This document shows positions 24,601 through 35,900 of a stretch of DNA of 64,000 nucleotides, piece by piece. The stretch is from assembly GCA_013265495.1 (NCBI GenBank), contig MU061527.1:434001-498000 (forward strand). The letters are read 5' to 3'. The position numbers and the translations under genes are program-made. Each line of letters opens with the position of its first letter. Positions within the stretch are counted from its first letter, which is position 1. Under the pieces are notes generated by a model. That model saw only the letters and a program-made list of their open reading frames with translations. It had not been told where the DNA came from and did no database searches. The stretch comes from Vicugna vicugna. Lineage: Eukaryota.

Positions 24601-24874
24601 TCACTTTCGTACTGCAAAAGACAAAGAATTATTAACAAAACCTCTTCTTTTCTCTGCCTTGTTCCTTATTGGTCTCTCTCCCTGAAGGGATCTCCCCTTC
24701 AGATCTGCCTGGAAAACTGCTCTTCACCCTTTAAAATCCCAGTCAAAGATCCTAGAGGAAGCCTCATCTGAGTTCTCCCTCCCCCCAGCCCCTCAGAGTC
24801 TCCCTCGCCCCCAGCCAGTGTCACTCAAGGACAAGGCCAGGGTGTGGGGCTGACAGAACTGCCTCTCCCTTGCT

Positions 24875-24975
24875 GTGCAGCTTTGAGCAAGCAGCTTAGC
24901 CTCTCTGAATCCTGACTCCTCACCAGTAAAACAAGGCCACACCTTGCACGGTTGTTATAAGGATAATATGAAGAA
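24875..24975. mobile_element. MIR fragment
   Basis: TGTGCAGCTTTGAGCAAGCAGCTTAGCCTCTCTGAATCCT...GTAAAAC...GGTTGTTATAAGGAT. Confidence 0.7.
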
Positions 24976-25714
24976 GGCCAGGGGTCCTCAGCCATTGGAG
25001 AGTCCGCCCAGCCAGGAGACCCCCTTCCGATGCCCTTCCAGCTCAGTCTGGAGCTCCCAGGCCTGTCTCCGCTCCTAGAAGCCCAGGGTGTCTGGGGACC
25101 TCTTTGGGAGGCTGCCAGGGCTGGGAGTGCCAACCTGAGCCCCTGGCTGGGAAGCAGGTGCTTTCAACATTGCCTCCTGTCCTGCCCTGAGCTGAGCAGG
25201 GTGCCCCCAGCTCCTCCCTGGTGTTCTGCTGGGGAAACTGAGGGCCAGGCAGAGGCAGGGATGGGGGCTCTTCCTCCCTGGGAGGGGCAGGGCAGGATGG
25301 CTCCCGCCGGCACGCAGGCTGGGGGGGGATCTCCCCCAGGGGGACTTGGCGGGCCCTGCCCGGCTGCTTCTTTCCACCCCCCGCATCTGTCCCTCCCTCT
25401 CCCGCCCTGCCCCACCCCACAGGTTTGCCTGTGCTGCTCTGTGAGTGGGGCGGGGGAGGGCCATGATCCCGGTTTCCCAGGCAGGGAGGGGATGCTGGGA
25501 TTGGCCCCCTCTCCCCAGAATTTAGGGTTGTAGGGACTTTTATACGCAAATGCACGTCACACACCCCCACCCCCACCCCATCATCCCTCTCCGGGTCCTT
25601 CCTCCACCTGACCCTGCTCTGCTCTGTCCTCGCCTACAGAGCACACACCGGCCTCCTCCTCGTCCTCCCAGCCTCCAGCTCACGCCCTGCAAACTGCCCC
25701 TCCTGCTTGGGGAT

Positions 25715-27140
25715 CTTTCTTAATCTCTTTATTTCAGTTATGAAATACTTCAGATATCCAAAAATACAGCCAACAATACGACCCACACCACAGTGCCTAT
25801 GTGGCATCGGTTTTCTGTGCAAGAAATCACCACACGCTTGGCGGCTCGCAAGCACACATTCCTCTCTCGTGGGCTCTGGGCTGGAGCCTCGGTGCGGTGT
25901 ATCAGGGTCCCACGCGGTGTTGACCGTGGCTGGGTTCCCGTCAGAGGCTGGGTCGGGGAACCACCTGGCCTCCCAGCTCCCTCAGGTTCCCGCAGAATTG
26001 ATTCCTTGCAGCTGTGAGACCCTCGGCCAGCGACAGACAAGGCTCTGCGAGACAGGGGCCAGCATGGCGGGGTTCTGCACAATGCCCTGCTGTCCCTCGC
26101 ACGTCACAGGCCCTGCGCACCCCCAGGGCTCCGACACCGGGGGACAGGAGAGCAGGGACAGCTCGCAGTCCCTCGACACCTCTCACCCCAGCTTAGGAAA
26201 GAGCCTCCCAGATATACCATCCTCCCAAGCCTCCTGCCTCCCTCCCTCCCTCCGGCCGAGGCAGCCAGGCCCGCCTTCCTCCTACAGCTGTTACACTTGT
26301 ACTGCCTGCGTACGACTCCGTAAGCCACAGGTGATGCTGTTCTGCGTGTTTCTACCTTCTGTATAAATGGTCACAACGGTAGATGTTTCTGTGATGTTCG
26401 TTCTCGCTGAGACATGAAGTTCGGGTGGGTTCATTTTTCGCTGCAGTATAATGTTTCTCGTGTAAGTGTAACACAGTGTGTTTGCCTGTTCTCCTGTTTT
26501 CTACCACATGCGGGGCAGCAACAGCTCTTCTGATTCCTCGGCCCACGTGTGAGGCTTTCTCAGGGGCCGTGAGCCTAGGAGGGGAGTTACTGGGTCAAGG
26601 GGCTCGGCGCCCTCACGTCAACAAGACAAGGCCAAGGAAGTTTCCAAATGGTTGTTCCGATTAACATGCCCACGAGTGGGTGTGGGAGTGTTAGCTGCTC
26701 ACAGCCTCTCTAACACACAGCCTCACCAGCGTGCTGAGCATGACACAGTCCCAGCATGGGGAGACCTTTCCGGAACACACAGCTGATCACGCGCCTCCAA
26801 GTCTTCCCGAGGCCTCTGCAGCCGCGGACACGTGGAGCGCTGGGCCCGGGCCCTGAGCCTGGCAGCCTGGTCCTCGGCTGCCCCCACTGTCCCCTCGGGG
26901 CCCCTGCAGTGGACTGTGGGCCAGGGCTCTCCCATGCGCTGAGGCTCTGCGCCCACTGCTCCCTCTGCAAAGAAACCCCTGGGCGTTTCGAGCTTTCAAC
27001 TTGATTAATTTATTAGGAAGTAAATAACTCCCTAACAACAGGTCACTTGCATGTTTTAAGTGTTCACATGAAAGAAATGAATGCCTCTGGCACACCAAAA
27101 ATCCAAATGCAATATAATTGCGCATCATACAGTGATTTCA
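25715..27140 (-). mobile_element. Fragmented L1ME-like sequence
   Basis: TTTATTTCAGTTATGAAATACTTCAGA; TATAAATGGTCAC; GGAGTTACTGGGTCAAGG; TTTCCAAATGGTTGT resemble reverse-strand L1M 3' sequence. Confidence 0.6.
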
Positions 27141-27764
27141 GGGTGTAGACCAGGGTTGTCAGCCTCGCAGTGTGGATGCCCCAGAGGTGTCCCCTCCCCA
27201 CCCCCAGTGCTTCCTGTGGCTGCGTCCACATGTCGTGTCTCAGTCTTGTTCCTGCAGCCTGGGGCGGGGGTGCCCTGGGTGGGTTGGGGGCAGGGGATGT
27301 GGCACAGCTGAATTCAGCCCCTCTGGGGACACTGCGCCCTGGGCCCAGGCACAGCAGGGCTGCAGGCCTCGGGGGTGCCTGTGTGTGCTTGCGTGCTGTG
27401 TGTCCATGTGTGTCGTGTGTACAGGTGTGCACACGCGTAGGGGGGCCCGGGGCCGAGCATGCGCGTGGTCGGGGGCCGCCCTGTTGGCCGCCCCGCCTGA
27501 GAGAGGAGCCCAGTCACCCTCAGCCCTCCTGCTTCGTTTTCCTTCATGGCAGCTCTCACCCCCTGACACCGCAGTAAACTTCATCTGTTACCACTTTTCT
27601 TGTACCTTTGCCGCGGAGTCAGCTCCGCAAGGGCAAGGCTCCACCTAGTGTGTCAGTGGGCATGTGTGCCTGCAGCCCCCAGACAGCACCCGGCACACGT
27701 GTGTGTGGACAGGAGCTCGAGAACACGTGGGGGGGGTGGGGGTGAGTGAACCGACGCATGGACA

Positions 27765-27930
27765 ATGGGTGCGTGGGTGCGTGGATGGGTGGATGGATGG
27801 GTGGGTGGGTATGTGGGTGGATNNNNNNNNNNNNNNNNNNNNNNGTGGGTGGGTGGATGGATGGGTGGGCAGGTGGGTGGGTGGATGGATGGGGGGGGTG
27901 TGTGTGTTGGTGTGAATGTGTGCATGTGTG
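27765..27930 (+). repeat. (GGAT/GGGT)n microsatellite with a 22-nt N-run (27823-27844), then TG-rich tail
   Basis: Seen directly. Confidence 0.9.
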
Positions 27931-28734
27931 TGCAGGCCTTGTCTCTGAAAGGGGCTTCAGGCTTCTTTGTTCTACCCTCTTTCCAGAAGGACCTAGGTAG
28001 CTCCATGACCCAGAAGTTGCAGAGGCCCAGGGGTGTTGGGGGCAACCTCAGGGGGCTGAATTCTCCTGGATGCTTAGGACCAGCTGGTGGAATTGGAATC
28101 AGAGCCCTACCCAGGGTTGCTCCAGGTGGGGTTGGGCTGGGGACTCTGGCACTGTGGGTGGGGACGGGACAGAGGCCGCCCTGGCAGGCTGGCACACTCT
28201 GGCCCTTGGGGGTCCCCACAGTGATGCCTTCACTCAGTCTGAGCCTCCAGAGACCACATGAACCACCCCTGGGAAGGGCGTTACCTGGCTGCAGACCGAG
28301 GGGAAAGGATCCAGGGGACCCAGCGGGCCCCATCACCACTGGCTGGAGGGCTGAGCAGGAAGTTTCCTGGAGGTCCTGGGGAGAAAAGGCAGGTCTGAGC
28401 AGGTCTATGCTGGGACCTGAGCTGAGACGTCCTGTCGCGTCTGGGGAGAAGAGAGGCTGCCCCCATTCCCCACGCCTCCCTGTCCCTTCCACCCACCTAG
28501 TGACCCCACCTCCTGCCCAGCTCCACGTCAGCCCACCAGTTTGTATGTCCCTCTACCCTCTGGCCCATTCTCCCTCGGACCGTCCATCTGCTAGTCTTCC
28601 CTGCACTCACTGTCAGTCTGCCCTTGCATCTGTCTGTCTATCCACCCATCGTCGACACCACCCTCGTCACTGGGTGCCAGCAAGCAGGCACACACGGCTC
28701 TTCTTCTGTTCCACGCCGTCTTCACAGCAACCCT

Positions 28735-28860
28735 CTGGGGAGCATACTCTGACTGCCCCATTTTACAGATGGAACGAGCACATGGAGGCCCAGAGAGGTC
28801 AAGTGACTTCTCCAAGAACACACAGCTGGTAAATAGCAGAGCTGTCTGAGCCTTCAGGCT
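28735..28860. mobile_element. MIR fragment
   Basis: CCCATTTTACAGATG...GAGGCCCAGAGAGGTCAAGTGACTTCTCCAAGAACACACAGCTGGTAAATAGCAGAGC. Confidence 0.85.
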
Positions 28861-29109
28861 GAGCTCTCAACCTCCTAGTCCATCGTCCATCCACCCTCTC
28901 TGGTAGCTGTCCAGCACTCAGTCCCTCACTCACCTGTCACTGGCCATCCAGTGGCCCATCCATCGCTGTCACCCATCCATCCTGAAGGTAATGTGGTTAG
29001 AGAACCGGGGCCCTGAGGGGAGAGGAGGCCCGGGCTGCCCATCTGGCTGGCTGCGGGGGTTTGCAGGGCTGGGGCGGGCTGCCTGGCCGCCGGGCTGCAC
29101 GGGGCTGGA

Positions 29110-29280
29110 GGGAATTAGCGAGTGACGGCCAGGATCATCTAATTAGGAACGCTAGTGATAAGCAGATAGGATCGGGGTGATTAGAATCCTTTTAAAAAGC
29201 CACTCCATTAATTACAGAGACAGAGAGGGGCCTCTGGCCGCTCAGAATACCAATTGGCTGCCTAATCGGCCTCCATCAGC
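29110..29280. promoter_or_regulatory. Candidate enhancer (tandem GATA plus homeodomain motifs)
   Basis: CTAATTAG at 29139-29146, TGATAA-gc-AGATAG at 29156-29169, ATTAATTA at 29207-29214, CCAATTGG at 29250-29257, in non-repeat sequence. Confidence 0.5.
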
Positions 29281-30169
29281 TCGCCCTGGGGAGGGCTCCT
29301 GGGACCACTGTGCGACCTTGGGTGTGCCCTGCCCTCTCTGGGCCCCTGTGCATCGGGTCAGGGCCGCCTGCCGTCACCTGGTCACCCGAGGTCCTCTATC
29401 TCTTCCCGGGCTGTAGCTCAGGGGGCTGGCTTCAGGGTGGGCCTGAGACAGGGGACAGGGAACATCACGGGGCTAGGCTGGCTCCCCAGGGAGGAGCAAG
29501 CCCCGAAAGGCACAAGAGGATGGAGCGGCTCAGAGCGGGAGAGTGATGGAGCAGCCAGTGAGGGTCACGGATGTGGGCAGGGGCTTGTCACCTCCGCTCA
29601 TCGGGGTTGCTCCACGCAGGCCCTGCTGCTCCCACTGGTCTCTGCGAATGCTTTCGGTGGTAGGTCCTCAGAGGACACCAGTCCAAACCCTTTGCAGAAG
29701 GGAAATCACCTCTGCATGCTGCCCCCAAATTCCATGTCTCCCTTTACAGGGAGTTCACCCCACCCCTTCGGTAGACGGGGAGGCCCCATCCTCAGGGTGC
29801 CTGCTGCAGTGAGGGGCTGGGGTCTGCCTCCCCCTGGTGGGCCCATCCCCAGAAGTCCTACTGAGTGGTTTGTGCTCCAGGACAGCCCTCCAGCCCTGTC
29901 TCCATCCCAGCTGACCCCTCCAGACCACCCCAGGCTGGGGCCTCAGGCTGAGCACAGAACCTGGAGTCCAAGTAGGGCAGGGGTCCTGCAGAGGGGCCGG
30001 GAACCAGCAGCAGTCAGAAGGCAGGCCACCCCAGGAGGAGAGAGGAGGCCAGCACGAGGCTCAGGCCCAGTGGGGAGAGGGGACCCTGGTCAGGGGAAGG
30101 CCTCCACAGGATTCTCGGCATCTCATCACCCTGGGTCCCTTGTGGCTCAACTTGTAACCACGCCTATGC

Positions 30170-30700
30170 TGCCCTGATTACGTTGCTGGTGGGACCCTCC
30201 AGCTTACCACCACCATCACACCATGTCACCGCCGTCACCACAAACACATCTAACCCCAGCTCCACCACCTCCACCGCCACCGCTCCTCTCGTCCCAGCAC
30301 CATCTCCACCGCCAGGACTGCTCACCTCAACTAGGATCTCTGTCACATTACTGTCATCACACCGCCACCCCCATTGTCACTACCACATCCTTATGTCACC
30401 TCCATCGCTTCAACCAGGATCACTGTTACTACGGCCATCATGCCATCACCACCACCGCCAGTGCCAGCAACATCACCATCACTACCGCTTCCATTGCCGA
30501 TACCACCGTCCTGCCTCTGACATCACCTCCCTCACCACTGCCTTCCCCACCAGCACCACTCTGCCACCTGCTGCATTTCTCTCACTATCTCCACCTCACA
30601 CCACCGTCCTAACCTCAACCAGGGTCACAGTGACCAGGACGACCAGTTACCCTCACCACCGCCTCCCTGCTCCCTACCACCTCCCTCACATGAGCCACGA
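30170..30700 (+). repeat. ACC/CACCAT-rich low-complexity tract (further blocks at about 31150-31340 and 31640-31990)
   Basis: Degenerate (CAC)n/(ACC)n with very little G on the + strand. Confidence 0.75.
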
Positions 30701-32574
30701 CCATGTGCAGGCAGCTACTGACAGTGTAACAGGTATGTGGGCATTTAACACCAGTTTCCGCACCACCGGATGGCCTGGGGAGCGAAGATCAGGGAGACGA
30801 GTCGTTGCTGATGGTCTGTCTGCGGCTCCAAAGTGAGTGGCTCTCAAGAGCTTGCCTGAGCCATGAGCCCCCCCAGCCTTGTATCTTGCGATACTCTGGG
30901 GGGCCCCAGCAGGCTTCGGCCCCAGCTCTGCAGCACGGCTTCTCAGAGAACTGCCTAGAAGCCACTGCAAACCTCTGCTTGTCATCCGCCTGCAGCTGCC
31001 TGTCTTCCAAGTTCCAAATCTCGGGCCTCGGCAGACTCCAGCCTGGAACCAGACGGGTGAGGGGATTCTGGAAAATTGTCCAGAATTCTCCAGGATGCAG
31101 GGGAGACCACAGAAGAGGGTGCTGGGGGTTCTGAGTCAGCACTGAGAGATCCAGAACGCCACGTTCCCAGCCTCAGCACCATCACCACCAGCTCTGCGGG
31201 ACAACACACCCCACCCTCCGTCACCCGCCGCCGCCAGCCCCAGCCATCCTCCCGGCCACCTTCCGCCCCACCACCCCACTGTGGCTCCTGTCACCAGCCA
31301 CAGCGTCCCCACCTCCGTCACCACACCATCACCGAGCTGCCACCCACTCCTTCTTCCCTGCAAGCGCTGGGCCTCTCTGGGTGCTGTCTGAGTCGTGCAG
31401 ACCCTTCCAGAAGCTTCCCCACCCCGTTGGAAATGGCCTTGGCCGCATGACATGAGTGAGAAAGACATGCATAACATCCCAAGAGGGGCTTAAGGGGCGT
31501 CCTCGGTTTCTACCAGCTCTCACGTCCCCTGTGCCCTGCGGGGGCCGCTCCAGATCAGAGCCGCCCCTCAGCCGGGGATCCAGAACGAGAAGGCGCGGCC
31601 GGAGCCCAGCACCTGGCCGCGGAGGCGAGCGCTAAATGGCCGTCACCAGCCCCTGGGGTGTGGGGTGTTCTGCCCCCAGCCACACCACCGCCAGCCCCAC
31701 AGTCACCACCCTCCAGGGTGACCAGCACCCCACCAGTCACCCTCTCCACCCCCCGCTACCACCGTGGCCACGACCTGTCACCCTGTGTCTCCGGCCCCTC
31801 CACCATCACCATGACTACTGTAACCACGGCCTCCACCCCAGTACTGCTTCCCCGGCCACCTCTGCTGTCTTCACGACACGTTACCCGCCGCCTTGCCCAC
31901 CCCAGTGTCACTCGTCCCACAGAGCCCCCTCCCAGCACGCGTCACCACGGACAGTTGGGCTGGCGGTCGCCTCTCCTCAGCACCAGCGACAAGCCTGTGG
32001 AGAGCGAGTTCTAACTACAGTGGTAGAAGCTGAGTTACAATGACACAGAAATATTTCCACCTGTGGCCGTGCCACCCCTCCTTCACCGAGGACGCCAGCC
32101 GGGGTTGGGGGATGGAAGCGCCCCAGGGCGGGCCCTGCTCCCTGGAAGGCGAGGGTGGAGTAGCGCTGATCACTGGGCGGGGATGGGGCAGCAACTCCGG
32201 ATCCGCTTTCAGTCCTCCCTGCACTAGGGGCTGTCCCAGCCGGCTGTCCCCTGCGGTGCCTGCGATCTACCCGGCTCCCTGAGTGCTCAGGGGAAAGAAG
32301 AGAGGAAAGCAACAGGAAGGGATGGAAACCAGAAACGGGAAGAGCACAGGAGGGAGACAGGAGGAAGGGGGTGCGTCTCAGCTAGGGCCAGGGAGCAGTC
32401 AGCTCAGGGCCTCGCGGGGGGTTGGCACGCAGCGGGCATGTTCTCGCTCTCACCTGGGGCGTGGGAGGGGGTGGTGATCAGCATTGTCAACTGCTATTTC
32501 CAAATACGATCCAACATCAGAGCAAGAATGAAAGACACAGAGGCCTGGGCTCGTTTGGCAACCTCACTCACCTT

Positions 32575-33010
32575 ATCAGATTTCTAGGGCTGCGTGGCAA
32601 ACTGTCGCAAGCCGGGTGACTTCAAACACAGAAGGTCATCCCCTTGCAGTTCTGGAGCCGGAGCCCCAGACAGAGGTGTGGTCAGGGCTGCACGGGGTCC
32701 CAGGCGCTGAGGCAGGGTCCCGGCCTGTCCTGCGCCGTCCGCGCGCTGCTGGCGCTCCTCGCTCCAGTCTCTGCCTCCGTCTCCGCGCTGCCTTCTCTTT
32801 TTCTCTCGATGCGTCTCTCCACGTCTATTCTAAGGACGGTTGGCACTGGATTTAGGCCCCATCCAGACCATCCAGGATGATCCCATCTTGAGACCCCTAA
32901 TTTAATTACACCTGCAAAGACTCTTCCTCCAATAAGATCATGTTCGCAGGTTCTGGGCATTCGTCAGGGACCTGTCTTTTGGGGAGGGCCTCCTTTCAAC
33001 CCACTGCACC
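32575..33010. mobile_element. MLT1 (MaLR) solo LTR
   Basis: GACTTCAAACACAGAA...CAGTTCTGGAGCC, TGGATTTAGGCCCC, TAATTTAATTACACCTGCAAAGACTCTT...CAATAAGATCA, CTTTTGGGGAGG. Confidence 0.85.
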
Positions 33011-33624
33011 CACTAACCTAACCTTATCATTCCCCATATTTCTCACCAGAACTGACTGGAGTGCTTCTTGTAACTTGCCGTCCACCACAGCCTCAGACAG
33101 CCCTGTGTTTGCATCTCTGTCTCAGACTTGCTGCGTGACCGTGGGTACATTGCCACATGTCTCTGAGCCTCATTCATTTGATAAGTGTGGATGGACTGCT
33201 ATCATGTCCTAGGCACTGACAAACATCCCTGCCTTTGTAGGGCTCACCTCAGAGGATATGATAGGAGAATGGGGGGCCAGCAGAGTGAGCGCCAGCTCCC
33301 CCAACCCTGCCTGATCCCCCACCTCAGGCCCACACTCCACACCGACAATCCAGCTAGTGGGCTCAGTGGACGCAGCCCAGGAGGCCCTCGCTCCCTCCCT
33401 GACCCCTGTTGCTGACCCCAGATCCCAAGGCTGGTCCTGCTTCTGCTCCCAGGGCCCCCCAGGGAAGGCCTCCTGTGCAGGGGGCAGCCCCCTCCTCACG
33501 CCACAGAGCTGGGGTGGGCTCTGCCCCGCCCAGGGGCTGATGTCACAAAGGGCCGGCCTGCTCTGCAGGGGGGCCTGGCCCCGGGGGGCCAGCGGCAGTG
33601 CCCTCCCCTCCCCCGCCCCTCCAG

Positions 33625-33762
33625 CGGAGGCGCCCACCTGTCGCTGAGCAGGGGTGCTATGACCGGGTGACTCGCCGCGCAGAGCCGCCCGGAGCCAGCA
33701 GAGCCCAGCCAGGCCCCGCCGCGGAGCCCGCGTCCCCCCTGCCGCCGTGCCCCGCCCTCGGC
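33625..33762 (+). other. DNAJB8: DNAJB8 last-exon 5' UTR
   Basis: Polypyrimidine tract ending CCAG| at 33624; upstream non-coding exons not firmly located. Confidence 0.55.
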
Positions 33763-34464
33763 ATGGCTAACCACTACGAAGTGCTGGGTGTGCAGGCCGG
33801 CGCCTCCCCGGAGGACATCAGGAAGGCCTACCGCAGGCTGGCCTTGCGCTGGCACCCCGACAAGAACCCGGGCAACAAGGAGGAGGCCGAGAGGAGGTTC
33901 AAGCAGGTGTCCGAGGCCTACGAGGTCCTGTCCGACTGCCGGAGGCGCTCGGCGTACGACTGCGCCGGCCGCGACAGCCGGCGGGCCGGCGGGGCCAGCA
34001 GCCCCCACAGCGGCCCCTTCGGCAGCGGCTACACCTTCCGCAACCCCGAGGACATCTTCCGCGAGTTCTTCGGGGGCCTGGACCCCTTCTCCTTCGACTT
34101 CTGGGACGGCCCGCTCGGCAGCGAGCGCGGCGGCCGGGGCCACGGGCCGCGCGGGGCCTTCTCGGCCGGCTTCGGCGAGTTCCCGGCCTTCATGGAGGCC
34201 TTCTCGGCCTTCGACAGCCCGGGCCGTGGCGCGGGCGGCGCCAGCCGCGCCGCCTTCTCGGCCACGTCCTTCGGGGGCTCGGGCTCCGGCGGCTCGGGCT
34301 TCAAGTCGGTGATGTCATCCACCGAGATGGTGAACGGACACAAGGTCACCACCAAGCGCACCGTGGAGAACGGGCAGGAGCGGGTGGAGGTGGAGGAGGA
34401 CGGGCAGCTCAAGTCGGTGACCGTCAACGGCAAGGAGCAGCTCAGACGGGTGGACAGCAAGTAG
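33763..34464 (+). CDS. DNAJB8: DnaJ homolog subfamily B member 8 (Hsp40 co-chaperone), intronless, 233 aa
   Basis: [10 protein letters not shown]... J-domain with HPD motif (WHPDKNP), G/F-rich region [17 protein letters not shown]-terminal [20 protein letters not shown]...[10 protein letters not shown]; syntenic position 3' of GATA2. Confidence 0.97.
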   Translation: MANHYEVLGVQAGASPEDIRKAYRRLALRWHPDKNPGNKEEAERRFKQVSEAYEVLSDCRRRSAYDCAGRDSRRAGGASSPHSGPFGSGYTFRNPEDIFREFFGGLDPFSFDFWDGPLGSERGGRGHGPRGAFSAGFGEFPAFMEAFSAFDSPGRGAGGASRAAFSATSFGGSGSGGSGFKSVMSSTEMVNGHKVTTKRTVENGQERVEVEEDGQLKSVTVNGKEQLRRVDSK

Positions 34465-34494
34465 GCGCCGCCGCGCCCGCCCCGGCCGTGCCCT

Positions 34495-34500
34495 AATAAA
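34495..34500 (+). terminator. DNAJB8: DNAJB8 polyadenylation signal
   Basis: AATAAA 30 nt after the stop codon. Confidence 0.85.
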
Positions 34501-35479
34501 CCGCCCAGCGAGTTCGTGGAAACGGTTGTTGGCCGCGGGGCGGAGAGCAGCGTGGCGGGGCCGCGGGCTGGCGTGGGGGGCGGGGGGCAGGCTCTGCGTT
34601 GCCGTGAGAGTCGCGAGCTTCGTCTCGGTGGCCCTGCGCCCGCTGCCCTGCCCTGGCTTCAGAGCTTCCGTGGCCTCCCGACCCTGAGGGTAAAGGCCTC
34701 GTCCTGACCCGAGGCCCAGGCCTGGCCGCTGCCACCTTCCCCGCCCCTCTGTCCCCGAGCCCGGCCTCCGGCGCTTCCACTCTGGCACCTAATGCCTCAC
34801 AACTTCGGGGCCTTCGTCCGCCCGGCTCCCTGGTGAAGGCCCCTCAACTTCAGGCCTCGGCCCAGACGTCCCTTCCGCCAGGACCCTTCTCACGGCCCCT
34901 CCCCTGTGTCTCCTGGCCCCGATGTGTTGTCTGTGTGGCTACTGGCGAGGCCACACTGCAGGCCCGGGGAGCAGGGCCCGTGCCCGCCTGTCCCTCGCTG
35001 CGTTCCCAGTGTCTGGAGCAGTGCCTGGCACTGAGGGCAGGGCACGCACTTGTTGGAAGAAAGAATGTTAAAATTCCTGAGTGTGAGTGTGAGGGTTGGG
35101 GTGCTGCGCTGCCTGGTGATGCCAGCCATCTGCCTGGCAGGAGGGGCTGCTGCAGGCGGAGACGGGAGCAGGGCCTGGCCCCAGAGAGGCAGCATGGGGT
35201 GGGGACCCCGCTGGCCGCTGTGGTGCCTGTGGCCCCAGCGTGGGCGGCTCCCAGCCAGCAGGCTCTTGGCTGATGCTCTAGTGGTGGGCCTCCCTGGAGC
35301 CGTTTTCTGGGCCTTGGGCAGGAGGCACATGGGACGGGAGGTTCGTGGGGTGCACACTCCCGCTGCAGGCAGACAAGTCTGTGGACACATGAGAACCCTG
35401 GCGTGTGGTCTGAGGACTGGGACCCTGCTGTATGACTCCCCACGTGATCCTCCAAGTGACTCCACATGGCGGGGAGGAG

Positions 35480-35690
35480 GGCTTGGCTCAAGGGTCACAT
35501 GTCTGGGGAAGGATGGGGTCAGGGGAGTTCTCAGGAGGCCTTTGGAGGAATGACTTTATCAGAACTGGTGGCCTATGTGACTGTCTGGGGGAAAAGCATT
35601 CTGAGCAGAGGGAACAGCCAGTGCAAAGACCCTGAGGCAGGAACAGTCCTGCTGTGTTTGAGGAACAGAGAGGCCAATGAGGTGGGTGCA
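35480..35690 (-). mobile_element. L2 fragment
   Basis: GGGGGAAAAGCATTCTGAGCAGAGGGAACAGCCAGTGCAAAGACCCTGAGGCAGGAAC...TGTTTGAGGAACAG is a typical L2 motif. Confidence 0.85.
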
Positions 35691-35834
35691 CACTGTTTCA
35701 TTAAATGCCCACAGCTCTCCTGACAGGGCTGTGGACCAGAGGGGACTGAGGCACAGAGAGGAGACAAACAGCTGGCAAGTGGCTGAGCCAGAATTTCACC
35801 CAGGGTATTGACGCCAAATGGCTTGGCTTTAAAA

Positions 35835-35900
35835 TAATGATGATGAAGATGATGATGATGAGGATGACAACAACAACAGCAGCAGCTGCAGCAACAGCCC
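35835..35900 (+). repeat. Compound trinucleotide repeat (ATG)n-(ACA)n-(GCA)n
   Basis: ATGATGATGAAGATGATGATGATGAGGATGACAACAACAACAGCAGCAGCTGCAGCAACAGC. Confidence 0.9.

Noticed and set aside
27823-27844. 22-nt N-run as a masked conserved element
   Set aside because: It lies inside a (GGAT/GGGT)n microsatellite, consistent with an ordinary assembly gap.
30183-30836. Mucin-like Thr/Pro/Ser/His-rich ORFs
   Set aside because: Direct translation of the ACC-rich low-complexity tract in several frames; no signal peptide or exon structure.
33598-33762. 55-aa N-terminal extension of DNAJB8 in the ORF track
   Set aside because: It starts at a non-ATG codon upstream of the likely splice acceptor (33624); the ATG at 33763 matches the known N-terminus.
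33496-34460. Long antisense and alternative-frame ORFs over DNAJB8
   Set aside because: Shadow ORFs caused by about 97% GC3.
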